The position numbers and the translations under genes were made by a program. A stretch of 64,000 bases of DNA, taken from assembly GCA_963805035.1 (NCBI GenBank), contig CAWDSU010000001.1, forward strand, positions 35,465-99,464, given 5' to 3'. Within the stretch, counting starts at the first letter, position 1. Every line of letters begins with the position of its first letter. Of this stretch, positions 29,086 to 39,298 are shown one piece after another. This stretch comes from an uncultured Methanoregulaceae archaeon (GTDB lineage: Archaea; Halobacteriota; Methanomicrobia; Methanomicrobiales; Methanospirillaceae). Under the pieces are notes generated by a model, which saw nothing but the letters and a program-made list of their open reading frames with translations, did not search any database and was not told the DNA's origin.

Positions 29086-30627
29086 CTATCCGAATTTTTC
29101 CCGCAGGGTACGGCGCAGGAGTTTCCAGCCATGCACCCGGGGAAGGTCTTCCACGAGCAGGAGTTTTCGCGGAACCTTGTAGCCGGCAAGGTGCATGCGA
29201 CAGAACGAATCAAATTCCGTTTCCGAAAGGGTGGTTCCGGCTTTTAAGACGATCGCAGCTACCGGCACCTCTCCCTTTCGCTCATCGGGAATACCAAAGA
29301 CTGCCACATCCGCAACTGCCGGATGCTGGACAATCACGTTTTCCACCTCGGTCGGATAGATCTTCCAGCCCGACATGATGATCATGTCTTTTTTCCGGTC
29401 GGTAATGAAGAGGACGCTCTCCCGGTCCATGTACCCGATATCACCGGTCAAAAACCAGCCGTCATGGCGGAAGGCCGCGACCGTTGCCTCGGGCAGGTTC
29501 CAGTAGCCTTGGGCAACGGACGGTCCACGAAGTGCGATCTCCCCGGTCTCCTGCGGGGGCATCTCTTTTTCAGGATCGTCCACATCCACGATCCTGACCT
29601 CCGTGTACCCTACGGCAACCCCTACGCTCTGGTAGTTCCGGGTCAGTGCCGGGTATTCGGGCAGGGTGGTCGTGCCCGAACCGATCACGATCGTCTCAGA
29701 GAGCCCGTACGAGTTTGCGACCGGGATATGATACCTCCTGTCAAATGCCTCCCAGACTGCAGGCAGCAGTTGTCCACCACCCGAGATGATGAGCCGGGCC
29801 GTGCGGAGGTAGTTTTCTGTACCCTGAGCGCTGTGAACGAGCGTGTGGATGACCGGTGGCATGCCGGCAAGAACCGTCACCTTATAGTGTTCCACAAGGG
29901 AGAGGTACTGGTCCGGGTCGAAACGCTCCATCATCACAAAAGTTCCCCCGGCCCGCAGAACAGAAAGCCCCCATGATAACCCGACGTGCCCCATAGGGTA
30001 AATCCCAAGGTACACGTCTTCCGGCCTGAGCCGGAGGGCTTCACGCTCCGCATCGAGTGCAGTCATCCAGTTGCCATGGGTGAGCATGGCACCCTTAGGC
30101 TTACCGGTCGTGCCGGCCGTGTACTGGATATGGCAGAGGTCATCCATCGCGCAGTTGGCCGCCCGCATGGATGCAGGCGCCGAAGGAAACGACTCCCATG
30201 CGATGATATCGGCGCCGCTGCCTGTGCCGTCTCCACCCACGCAGATGATATGGGTAAGGGCCGGCGCCTTTTTTTGTACGTCCGCGACAACGCAGAAACC
30301 CCGCACGTCAGTGATGATCGCACTGGCGCCGGCATCGCTGACCGCATGCAACAGTTCCTCTTCCCGGTAAACGATGTTCGTGGGAACCGCAACTGCACCG
30401 ATCCGCCAGATCGCAAAATAGCTGATCAGGTATTCGGGAGAACTGTCAAGGTAAATACAGACCCGGTCGCCTTTTCTGATGCCAAGATGGGAAAGGCCGC
30501 TCCCAATACGATTCATCTCCTCGCGGAGTTTTAAGTAACTGTAGGTCTCGTTCCGCGACGGGCAGACGAGCGCTGCCTTTGCCTCGGGAACACTTTTTGC
30601 GTCAAGGAGCGTGGTAACGTTGGACAT
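29086..30627 (-). CDS. AMP-dependent (long-chain acyl-CoA ligase-like) synthetase
   Basis: YTAGTTGKPKG, YGLSET, GWFLTGDIG, DRKKDMII.SG, YKVPR. Confidence 0.92.
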   Translation of the reverse strand: MSNVTTLLDAKSVPEAKAALVCPSRNETYSYLKLREEMNRIGSGLSHLGIRKGDRVCIYLDSSPEYLISYFAIWRIGAVAVPTNIVYREEELLHAVSDAGASAIITDVRGFCVVADVQKKAPALTHIICVGGDGTGSGADIIAWESFPSAPASMRAANCAMDDLCHIQYTAGTTGKPKGAMLTHGNWMTALDAEREALRLRPEDVYLGIYPMGHVGLSWGLSVLRAGGTFVMMERFDPDQYLSLVEHYKVTVLAGMPPVIHTLVHSAQGTENYLRTARLIISGGGQLLPAVWEAFDRRYHIPVANSYGLSETIVIGSGTTTLPEYPALTRNYQSVGVAVGYTEVRIVDVDDPEKEMPPQETGEIALRGPSVAQGYWNLPEATVAAFRHDGWFLTGDIGYMDRESVLFITDRKKDMIIMSGWKIYPTEVENVIVQHPAVADVAVFGIPDERKGEVPVAAIVLKAGTTLSETEFDSFCRMHLAGYKVPRKLLLVEDLPRVHGWKLLRRTLREKFG

Positions 30628-30784
30628 GGCCACCGGACTGATCTGATGATACGAATTGGGCGTTGATGTATATACGTGTTCATTTTATGGATCCGGTCAT
30701 GGATGACTAAACAACAATTTTTATTTCCGACCACAATTTTGTAATAATTGTATACCAAAATTACCGTAAGGGATCGGTGGGGAC

Positions 30785-31345
30785 ATGGCAGATATTCGTA
30801 ATTTTATAGGATTTGCACAGAATGAGACCCTGATTAAGGAGTATGACAGCCTGCGGATGTATTATCCGGTGAGGGCCAAGATTGGCCTCGCTGTGACCAG
30901 CAAACGGCTTATCGCTTACTCTTCGGTCAGGAATTTTTTTGATGTAAAAACAGAATCCCTCTACCAGCAGGTCAGCATCGCAGACATCAAGGGTGTCGGC
31001 CTTGTGCAGTCCAGGCGATACCGCCCCGGACTTGTCGCTTGTGGGATTGTTATCCTGCTCGCGGGGATCCTGACCACGGTCATCGGTCTTGGCGGGAAGG
31101 CACTCTTTGAAGTTGGCGGGATCGCGTGCAGCATTCTCGGTGTTATCCTGATCCTTACCGGCATTCTCTGGAAAAAGCACCAGTTCCGGTTTGAGATCTG
31201 GGGAAATGCATGGGTTCTTTCGATCGGCGAATTCGAAAATGCCAGATCGGTAATCACTGCCGGCCCGGGCCTGCTCAAGGTTGTCGAGGAACTGGGTGCT
31301 CTCCTCATCGCGATCCAGGAAGGGACCCTGTATTCCGGGGAGTGA
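30785..31345 (+). CDS. Hypothetical membrane protein (2 TM)
   Basis: LAVTSKRLI beta-rich N-part, two TM helices. Confidence 0.72.
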   Translation: MADIRNFIGFAQNETLIKEYDSLRMYYPVRAKIGLAVTSKRLIAYSSVRNFFDVKTESLYQQVSIADIKGVGLVQSRRYRPGLVACGIVILLAGILTTVIGLGGKALFEVGGIACSILGVILILTGILWKKHQFRFEIWGNAWVLSIGEFENARSVITAGPGLLKVVEELGALLIAIQEGTLYSGE

Positions 31346-31410
31346 CCGGAATGTCAGACCGGGAACGATAGGTTTTTTCTGTATCCTGAGCTGTATGATA
31401 ACTGATATCT

Positions 31411-31680
31411 ATGGCTGAGGAAACGCATCAGGAGCGACCGCCCCACCAGCACCATGGGGAAGGGGCCCATCACCGGAACGTGCGGGATGACCACAACCAG
31501 CTGCCCCGTCCGGCAGCGGAGCAGCGGCTGCAGGAGCCGACCGGTGAAAATCTTGATGCCGCAGAGGATGAGGAAGAACATGCAGAATCCCAGCGCCGTT
31601 CGCATGGCAGTGGCCGCCGCGGCGGCAGGCCGGTAAAGAAAGTCTACGAAGAATGGGCAAACGATCCCTACTGTGAATAA
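31411..31680 (+). CDS. Small hydrophilic His/Glu/Arg-rich protein
   Basis: 89-aa ORF ending KKVYEEWANDPYCE; followed by T-rich tract. Confidence 0.6.
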   Translation: MAEETHQERPPHQHHGEGAHHRNVRDDHNQLPRPAAEQRLQEPTGENLDAAEDEEEHAESQRRSHGSGRRGGRPVKKVYEEWANDPYCE

Positions 31681-31733
31681 ACGTTTTAAAATATTTTTTA
31701 GGAACGGTAAGGAACGTTCCTGATTTTTCCTTT

Positions 31734-32135
31734 TCAAGGGAAATTCCGGAGAATTTTTTCCCGGATCGCTTCCTTCGGGTATGCCCCGATCACCCGGTCC
31801 ACCATTTTGCCGTGCGAAAAGAAGACAATATTCGGGATTGCGGATATGTTGAGCTGCCGTGCCAGCTGCTGGTTCTCATCTGTGTTGCACTTCCCGAATG
31901 TGACCTTTCCTGCAAACTCCTGCGCGAGTTCCTCGATGACGGGCCCGACTCTCCGGCACGGCCCGCACCATTCAGCCCAGAAATCAATTACGAGGGCCGG
32001 GTGCTTCTGGAGCAGATCATTGATGTGCAGCTGGTCGACCGGGATCACGCCTGCTGCAACGTTCATGTGCTCCATTTTTTCTTTTAATGCCGCCATCCGC
32101 TTTTCGCGGATCTCGTTGAGCTCATGATCATCCAT
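31734..32135 (-). CDS. trxA: Thioredoxin
   Basis: DFWAEWCGPC, cis-Pro motif SAIP, VIGA. Confidence 0.93.
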   Translation of the reverse strand: MDDHELNEIREKRMAALKEKMEHMNVAAGVIPVDQLHINDLLQKHPALVIDFWAEWCGPCRRVGPVIEELAQEFAGKVTFGKCNTDENQQLARQLNISAIPNIVFFSHGKMVDRVIGAYPKEAIREKILRNFP

Positions 32136-32252
32136 ACCTGTGATTAGGGCAGCACTGCTAATTGAATCTAGCGAACGGGGCGGGTGTCCCGACTGTCAGG
32201 TGAGTAAAGTATATCAGCGCCTGCCGTCTATATTATAACCCTGATTATGGGA

Positions 32253-32327
32253 AGCGAGGTAGGGTAGTCAGGATATCCCGACGGGCTCATAACCCGTAGA
32301 TCGATGGTTCAAATCCATCCCTCGCTA
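32253..32327 (+). tRNA. Initiator tRNA-Met (CAT)
   Basis: AGCGAGG/CCTCGCT acceptor with A1-U72, anticodon arm ACGGG-CTCATAA-CCCGT with three G-C pairs, GGTTCAAATCC T-arm; no encoded CCA. Confidence 0.96.
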
Positions 32328-32362
32328 CTTCTTCTTTTCACCACCAGAAACGCCCGGGGTCA

Positions 32363-33085
32363 TCAGGCAGTCCCGGATCCTTTTTCTGCAGGCACATCGG
32401 ACGAAGCCCGTCCTTTTCGTGCAACCGTAACGATAAAATTCCGGTTTTTGTACACGACATCCACATCGGAAAAACCGGCCTCGTGCAGCCACGCAAGCTG
32501 CACCGAGAGTTTCTCGTTCCTGTCCAGTGTGTCCCGGCGCCGGCAGATCTCCGCAGACTCCGTTGAGACAAGCGGTCCGTTTTTAAGAAATTCGTCCCAG
32601 TACTCCCGGTACTTTCCGGTAAAGTACGGCGACTCGCCCTCGGCCTGGTCGGCATTCGCAAACACCCCGCCCGGGGCGAGCACGGAGAAGATCCGCCCGA
32701 AGAGTCGGCGCTTGTCTTCCGGTTCGAGATGGTGGATCGAGAGGGCAGAACAGACGAGATCATACGGCCCGCCAAGATCCACCCGGGAATAATCCCCGGT
32801 CCGGAAGACGACATTTTTGCTGCCAGAGAACCGTTCCCGGGCAACCGCGAGCATCTTCTCAGAGATATCCAGCAGGGTGATCGTGGCCCCGGGGTACTTT
32901 TCAAGGAGCAGCGCAGAGAGCAGGCCGGTCCCGGCACCGACATCGAGAATTTCAGGCGAGACGGAGGGACTTTCGGCAGCCCAGACCAGAGCACCGTAAA
33001 ACTGCCGCAGGTCAGGGATGATAAACTCCCGCTGGGCATCGTATCCCGTTGCAATCTCATCGAAGGCTTTTCGTATGTGATCCAT
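32363..33085 (-). CDS. Class I SAM-dependent methyltransferase
   Basis: ILDVGAGTG, LDISEKML, SALSIHHL, LAPGGVFANAD. Confidence 0.9.
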   Translation of the reverse strand: MDHIRKAFDEIATGYDAQREFIIPDLRQFYGALVWAAESPSVSPEILDVGAGTGLLSALLLEKYPGATITLLDISEKMLAVARERFSGSKNVVFRTGDYSRVDLGGPYDLVCSALSIHHLEPEDKRRLFGRIFSVLAPGGVFANADQAEGESPYFTGKYREYWDEFLKNGPLVSTESAEICRRRDTLDRNEKLSVQLAWLHEAGFSDVDVVYKNRNFIVTVARKGRASSDVPAEKGSGTA

Positions 33086-33190
33086 GGTCCCGCACCCGTG
33101 ACCGGTAAAGAGATACCCGACTCTTACACCGGATTGTCCGTTCAGGCACAAAAATATGATACAAAACAGGGAGATAAAAAAGAGAGATTA

Positions 33191-34620
33191 TTACGAGCTT
33201 TCCGCTTCGAACGATTCGAGTTTTGACTGGAACGTCCCGTCCACGAAATCCACCTGCCGGGGGTTGGCGGTCTCACCATCGATGGGAAGCGGATAGCAGC
33301 CGGTAAGGCAGCCGGTGCAGAGATCATCACGATCAAAACCGATCGCTTTTACGAGCGCTTCGAGCGAGATGTGGTGGAGCGACGTCGCCGTAATACAGCG
33401 CCGGACCTCGTCTTCCGCCTTATCGCTTGCGATAAGTTCCTTTCGGGTCGGCATATCGACACCGAGATAACAGGGGGCCTTGATGGCGGGAGAGCCGATC
33501 CGCATGTGCACCTCGTGTGCGCCCGCATCCCGCATCATCTCGATGATCCGTTTTGAGGTCGTGCCCCGCACGATACTGTCATCGACGAGGACAACCGATT
33601 TGCCCCTGAGGTGCGCCGGGATAGGGTTAAGCTTGATCCGGACTGCCCGCTCCCGCGCCTGCTGCGTCGGCATGATGAACGTTCGGCCCATGTACCGGTT
33701 CTTCATGAGGCTCTCCACGAACGGTATCCGGGACCGTTCCGCGTACCCGATCGCGTAGGCAGTCCCGGAGTCCGGCACCGAGCCGACAGAATCCGCTTTT
33801 ACCGGCGCCTCCTCGTGGAGTTTCTGGCCGATCGCCCTCCGCACATCATACACGAGCACCCCGTCAATAACGGCATCAGCCCGTGCAAAATAGATGTACT
33901 CAAAGATACAGTGGGCACACCTGCCCGCGACCGCAATCTGCGTGCACCGGACACCCTCGCCGTCCATCCGGATCAGCTCGCCGGGTTTCACATCGCGGAG
34001 GAATTTTCCGCCCAATGCATCGATCGCCACGCTTTCGGAGGCCACGATGTACCCCTTCTCGACCTTCCCGAGGCAGAACGGCTTGATGCCGAGCGGGTCG
34101 CGGAACGCGTAGATCACACCATCGATCATGATCACAACCGAGTACGAGCCCTGCATCCGCTTCATGCAGAGATGCACCGCGTCCTCAACGCAGCCCGAGG
34201 CGGTTATCTCTTCGATTAAGATCTTCGCAATGATCTCCGTGTCAGTTGTTGTCGTAAACATCTGGCCTGCCTGCTCGTACTCCGCCGGAGTTCGCAGGTA
34301 TTGACCAGGTTCCCGTTGTGGGCGACCGAGATGAAATGATCCTGGAACTGGAAGTTCAGGGGCTGAATATTCTCCGGCAGGTTTGCACCGGTCGTCGGAT
34401 ACCGAACGTGGCCGATACCGGCAGTACCTTTGAGATCTTTTAAAACAGACGGGGAAAAAACATCGGCGACAAGCCCCTGCCCCTTGAACTTACAGAGACT
34501 TGTCCCGTCAAATGTGGATATTCCGGCGCTCTCCTGGCCACGATGCTGGAGCGCATACAAGGCATAGTAGAGCTTGATGGAAACACCGCCAGCATCGACG
34601 ATGCCAACGATACCACACAT
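33191..34620 (-). CDS. purF: Amidophosphoribosyltransferase; frameshift near 34284
   Basis: MCGIVG, LQHRGQESAG, GHVRYPTTG, HNGNL, CIFEYIYFAR, VDDSIVRGTTS. Confidence 0.95.
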
Positions 34621-34629
34621 GGTACAGCT

Positions 34630-34812
34630 CTAATGTGTCGGAGTTTTTGGTCTCTTGCTGTGCCACTTGTAACTTTGCATCTTGGTGCTTCTGCCAAATC
34701 CGCAGGCAGAGCAGACTTTCTTCTGGGCGTGAAACGAGATCTTACCACAGCGCCGGCAGGCGATATGGGTCATCTTGTTCATCTTACCCATTGACGGTGT
34801 GCCTTTTGACAT
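34630..34812 (-). CDS. rpl37e: 50S ribosomal protein L37e
   Basis: [26 protein letters not shown]. Confidence 0.97.
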   Translation of the reverse strand: MSKGTPSMGKMNKMTHIACRRCGKISFHAQKKVCSACGFGRSTKMQSYKWHSKRPKTPTH

Positions 34813-34823
34813 AGTATTTCACC

Positions 34824-35237
<414 letters not shown>

Positions 35238-35272
35238 TTAGCCCTTGCCCGGGAGAATGTAGAAGCAGGACA

Positions 35273-35770
35273 ATGAAAAAAATTATCGTAAAAAAACGAC
35301 ATTCCATACGGAAGAGCCAGGCTGAAGATTTGCTTGACCGGCTCGCGCTCCAGATCGGACCATCAGCCGCGCTCTTCCATGCCGATATGATCGAGATCCT
35401 CGAGACGAATGCGGCGGTCGCGCTCTACATGGTGAATAAAAAACCGCTGCTGATGGACACCGGCGACTGGGTCTTTCCCACGCTCAAAGGGGCGGTCCAG
35501 ATTCCGTTCCCCGAGCGGATGGTCACGGTCGATGCCGGGGCAATCCCGTACGTGGTGAATGGCGCAGACGTGATGCGGCCGGGGATTGTTGCGGTCAGCG
35601 ATGATGTCGTGGCCGGGGGCCCGGTCCAGATCGTTGACGAGCGGCACAAGAAACCGCTGGCGATCGGCGTGGCACTCATGGACGGCCCGGCAATCCGGGC
35701 GAGCGCACAGGGAAAGATGTGCAAAAATTTCCATCATGTCGGCGATGAACTCTGGAACCTTGAACTGTAA
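35273..35770 (+). CDS. PUA-domain RNA-binding protein
   Basis: FPTLKG, VDAGAIPYVVNGADVMRPGI, HHVGDELW. Confidence 0.9.
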   Translation: MKKIIVKKRHSIRKSQAEDLLDRLALQIGPSAALFHADMIEILETNAAVALYMVNKKPLLMDTGDWVFPTLKGAVQIPFPERMVTVDAGAIPYVVNGADVMRPGIVAVSDDVVAGGPVQIVDERHKKPLAIGVALMDGPAIRASAQGKMCKNFHHVGDELWNLEL

Positions 35771-35862
35771 TATTTTTGAAATGTAAAAAAAGGCGGGAAA
35801 ATCAGGCCATTTCTGCCTTTTACATCGATACCATTAAATAATTTTCTTCGTACAGTTTTTTT

Positions 35863-36231
35863 ATGGTTAAGATCATAGACACACTTTTGGGGAAAAATGC
35901 CACCAGTTCCGACGATGATTACATGGATCTGGACCTCAGCTCCTACGAGGAACACGGCAGCGGTTCTCCTGCGCTCCTGGTAAAGATTGCAACGATTGCG
36001 GATCTCAAGGATACCCCACGGGTAAAAGACGAGGTCTACAATGGGAATATCGTGATCGTCGATATCTCGCGCCTCAAAATGGACAAGATCTCCTATGAGC
36101 GCGTCTTAAAGGACTTAAAGGAAGTCGCAAAGGATGTCAACGGAGATATCATCGGCCTCGGCGACCAGCGGTACGTCGTCCTGACACCGATGTCCGTGAA
36201 GATCTCGCGCGACAAGATTGGCGGGGCATAA
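35863..36231 (+). CDS. sepF: Cell division protein SepF
   Basis: VYNGNIVIVDI, DVNGDI, VVLTP..VKISR. Confidence 0.87.
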   Translation: MVKIIDTLLGKNATSSDDDYMDLDLSSYEEHGSGSPALLVKIATIADLKDTPRVKDEVYNGNIVIVDISRLKMDKISYERVLKDLKEVAKDVNGDIIGLGDQRYVVLTPMSVKISRDKIGGA

Positions 36232-36235
36232 CCCT

Positions 36236-36774
36236 TTGCGCACGATCGTTCCGGGACCGTGTCCATACTGCAATACTGAAATAGAATATCTCTACCAGAC
36301 GGAAAATATTCCCTATTTTTCAGATATTCTTATTATCTCTGCCATGTGCCCGGCCTGCGGGTACCGGTACGTGGATACCCAGCTGCTCAAAGATGCCGGG
36401 CCGGTGCGGTACGAGATGCCGGTCACGACAAAAGAAGACCTCGATGTGCGCGTGGTGCGGAGCATGACCGGTATCTTCGAGATCCCGGAGCTGGCGTCCG
36501 GATCGATCCGGGCCCGGCCTGCGAGGGGTTCGTGACGAATGTCGAGGGCGTGCTCGACCGGATCGCACAGGCCATCAAGATCGCGGTAAAAGACGGGGAC
36601 GAGGCCGAGAAAGAGAACGGCCGCGTGCTCCTTGAAACGATCGAATGCATCAAAGCCGGCGGGCTGCCGGTCACCCTGATCATCCAGGACCCAATGGGAA
36701 ACAGCGTGCTTGTCTCTGACAAGGCCAAAAAAACTGCGTTTGTGCCGGACGAGCCGGATGCGTGCGGGGACTAA
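36236..36774 (+). CDS. ZPR1 zinc-finger protein; frameshift near 36494
   Basis: CPYC, IPYF, CPACGYR, RVVRS, IPELG..IDPGP..EGFVTNVEGVL, DPMGNS. Confidence 0.9.
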
Positions 36775-36850
36775 AAGGGACCCGGATTTTTAATTTTTTT
36801 GTGAGGATATTTTTTCGCACTAAAAAAATCACGGTGGAAAAAATCCCGGC

Positions 36851-37849
36851 TCAGGTAACCTGCACGTTCCCGAGCCACGCGCCGGGTTTCTCGATAATTT
36901 CCCCGACCACGCGGGTGCCTTCCACGAGTTTTGTCACCGCGTCAACAGATTCAGGCGGGACTACATACGCATACCCCATACCCATGTTGAACGTCCGGTA
37001 CATCTCGACCGGTGAGATCTTCCCGGTCTCCTGTATCCACCGGAAGATTTCCGGGGGCGGAAGCGGGTTATCGAACCGGAACCCGAATCTGGAGAGCCGC
37101 AGGAAATTCAAAAGTCCCCCGCCCGTGACGTGGCACATGCCGTGCACCGTGCAGGTATCGGCGACATGCAGAGTCTCGTGGTAGATCCGGGTCGGCGTGA
37201 GGAGTTCCCGGCCAAGCGTCTTCCCGCTGGAGAGTTTCTCATCGTAGTCCGCGTATTTCTCGACAATATTTCGTGCAAGCGAGAGCCCGTTGCTGTGGAC
37301 GCCGGTTGACGGGACGCCGATGATCTTGTCGCCGGGCTTGATCTTATCGCCGGTCACGATCCGGTCCTTTGCCTGGACCCCCATGCAGGTGCCGGCAAGG
37401 TCGAGGCCGTTCACGAGGCCCCGAAGAGACGCGGTCTCCCCGCCCACGATGTCGATGTTTGCCTGCCGGGCGCCCTCGTTGAGGCCAAGACCGATCTGCG
37501 CCATCTTCTCCACCGAGAGCCGGTCGGTCGCGATGTAATCCACGAACGCGATCGGCTCCACGTGCATCACGTAGAGGTCGTTCACGTTCATCGCGATGCA
37601 GTCGATCCCGACCGTGCTCCAGTCCTGGAGTTTGTCGGCGACCAGCATCTTCGTCCCCACGCCATCGGTGGTGAGAGCCAGGGCTTTGGGACCGAAATCG
37701 ATCAGGCCGGCAAAGTGCCCGACGTTCCCGAGCATTGTGTAACTGCCTTTCCGTTTGAAACTCAGGTTTTTGATCAGTGCCTTTATCGCGGTCGCTTCAA
37801 GATCGATATCGACACCTGCATCACGGTACGCATTATCAGTCAATTGCAT
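36851..37849 (-). CDS. purM: Phosphoribosylformylglycinamidine cyclo-ligase
   Basis: YRDAGVDI, TDGVGTK, GIDCIAMNVND, GGETA, HSNG, HVTGGG, TFNMGMG. Confidence 0.96.
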   Translation of the reverse strand: MQLTDNAYRDAGVDIDLEATAIKALIKNLSFKRKGSYTMLGNVGHFAGLIDFGPKALALTTDGVGTKMLVADKLQDWSTVGIDCIAMNVNDLYVMHVEPIAFVDYIATDRLSVEKMAQIGLGLNEGARQANIDIVGGETASLRGLVNGLDLAGTCMGVQAKDRIVTGDKIKPGDKIIGVPSTGVHSNGLSLARNIVEKYADYDEKLSSGKTLGRELLTPTRIYHETLHVADTCTVHGMCHVTGGGLLNFLRLSRFGFRFDNPLPPPEIFRWIQETGKISPVEMYRTFNMGMGYAYVVPPESVDAVTKLVEGTRVVGEIIEKPGAWLGNVQVT

Positions 37850-39237
37850 TCCTCCGAGAGCCGGAACTCGTCGTGCAGCACCCGGACCGCACGCGGGCCG
37901 TCCTCCTGCCTGACAACAAACGAGATGTTCGCCTCGCTTGAACCCTGCGAGATCATCATCACGTTCACGCCGGCCAGGCCAAGGGCGGTGAAGATCCGCC
38001 CGCCCGTGCCTGCGGCGCCGGCCATACCGGCCCCGACAACGGCAACGGCACAGACATCCTTGTTGCGTGTCACCTCGCGCACGACCCCGTTTTTAACAAG
38101 AAACGCCAGTGCATCCACCGCTGCACCAATGTGAGATTCGTCTACGATGAGCGAGATATTGGCCTCGCTTGAACCCTGCGAAATCATCATCACATTTACT
38201 TCCTTGTCAGCAAGGGCGGAGAAGATTGCCTTTGCGACTCCAGGCCTCCCGATCATCTGTGCGCCGTTAATGTTGATCGAGGCGACCTTGTCAATATAGG
38301 TGAGCGCTTTTACGACCCGGCTGTCCCGGTGGCCGTTTCTTACGATCATGGTGCCGGGGGCGTCTGGATTGAACGTGTTTTTCACCCGCACAAGGATGTT
38401 CTTTCTCATCGCCGGGTCGATCGAACGCGGGTGCATCACCTTGGCGCCGAAGTACGAGAGTTCCATGACTTCTATGTACGAGACACTTTTGAGGACCCGG
38501 GCGTCGTTAATTACCCGCGGATCGGACGTCATGATGCCATCGACATCCGTCCAGATCCAGATCTCGTCCGCATCGATCCCGGCCCCAACAATGGACGCCG
38601 AGTAATCAGATCCGCTCCGCCCGAGTGTCGTGATGATCCCGTTCCCGGTACAGCCCATGAACCCCATGATGACCGGTATCTCATTTTTGAGGAGAGGCCC
38701 GATCCTCTTTTTTATCCGCTCATCGCTTTCGTACAGGGCAGTCGCCTCGCCATGCTGGGGGGTGGTGAGGATGCCGGCCTCGCAACCGTCCAACACGGTC
38801 GACAGGATGCCCCGCTGGCGGAGCGCTGCTCCGAGTATCGGTGCAAACAGCCGTTCTCCATATGAGATGACGTAATCCTTTGACCGGGGCGTGAGCTCCC
38901 GCAGGTTGTGAATGGCAGAAAGAATGTGCTGGAGACTTGCGAGCCGTTTCTCAATAACCGCTCCGACTTCATCGACATAATCCGGTGCAGCCCCTTCAAG
39001 AGTGGTCATATGACGTTTGCGGAGCGCAGCAATGAGCGGCGCGACCTCCGTGCAGTCCGGTGCAGTGGGAAGTTTTTCTGCAAGAGCGATGAGCTGATCG
39101 GTCACGCCACGCTGTGCAGAGACCACGACCACCAGTTCATCACCGGCTTTATGGTGTTTTTCAAGGATGTCAACAACGCGCCGGATACACTGCGCATCGG
39201 CGACGGAAGTCCCGCCAAATTTCATCAGAAGCCTCAT
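37840..39237 (-). CDS. lysC: Aspartate kinase with ACT domains
   Basis: MKFGGTSV, TTLGRSGSDYSA, WTDVDG, ELSYFGAKVMHP, two MISQGSSE ACT repeats. Confidence 0.94.
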   Translation of the reverse strand: MRLLMKFGGTSVADAQCIRRVVDILEKHHKAGDELVVVVSAQRGVTDQLIALAEKLPTAPDCTEVAPLIAALRKRHMTTLEGAAPDYVDEVGAVIEKRLASLQHILSAIHNLRELTPRSKDYVISYGERLFAPILGAALRQRGILSTVLDGCEAGILTTPQHGEATALYESDERIKKRIGPLLKNEIPVIMGFMGCTGNGIITTLGRSGSDYSASIVGAGIDADEIWIWTDVDGIMTSDPRVINDARVLKSVSYIEVMELSYFGAKVMHPRSIDPAMRKNILVRVKNTFNPDAPGTMIVRNGHRDSRVVKALTYIDKVASININGAQMIGRPGVAKAIFSALADKEVNVMMISQGSSEANISLIVDESHIGAAVDALAFLVKNGVVREVTRNKDVCAVAVVGAGMAGAAGTGGRIFTALGLAGVNVMMISQGSSEANISFVVRQEDGPRAVRVLHDEFRLSEECN

Positions 39238-39298
39238 GTCGGTTCACTCTGGCATGTACCATTTATTTATGTAACTATACGACGCACAGAATTATAAT

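Noticed and set aside
32253-32400. tRNA-Met as an integration site
   Set aside because: No duplicated tRNA 3' end or integrase seen; flanking genes look native.
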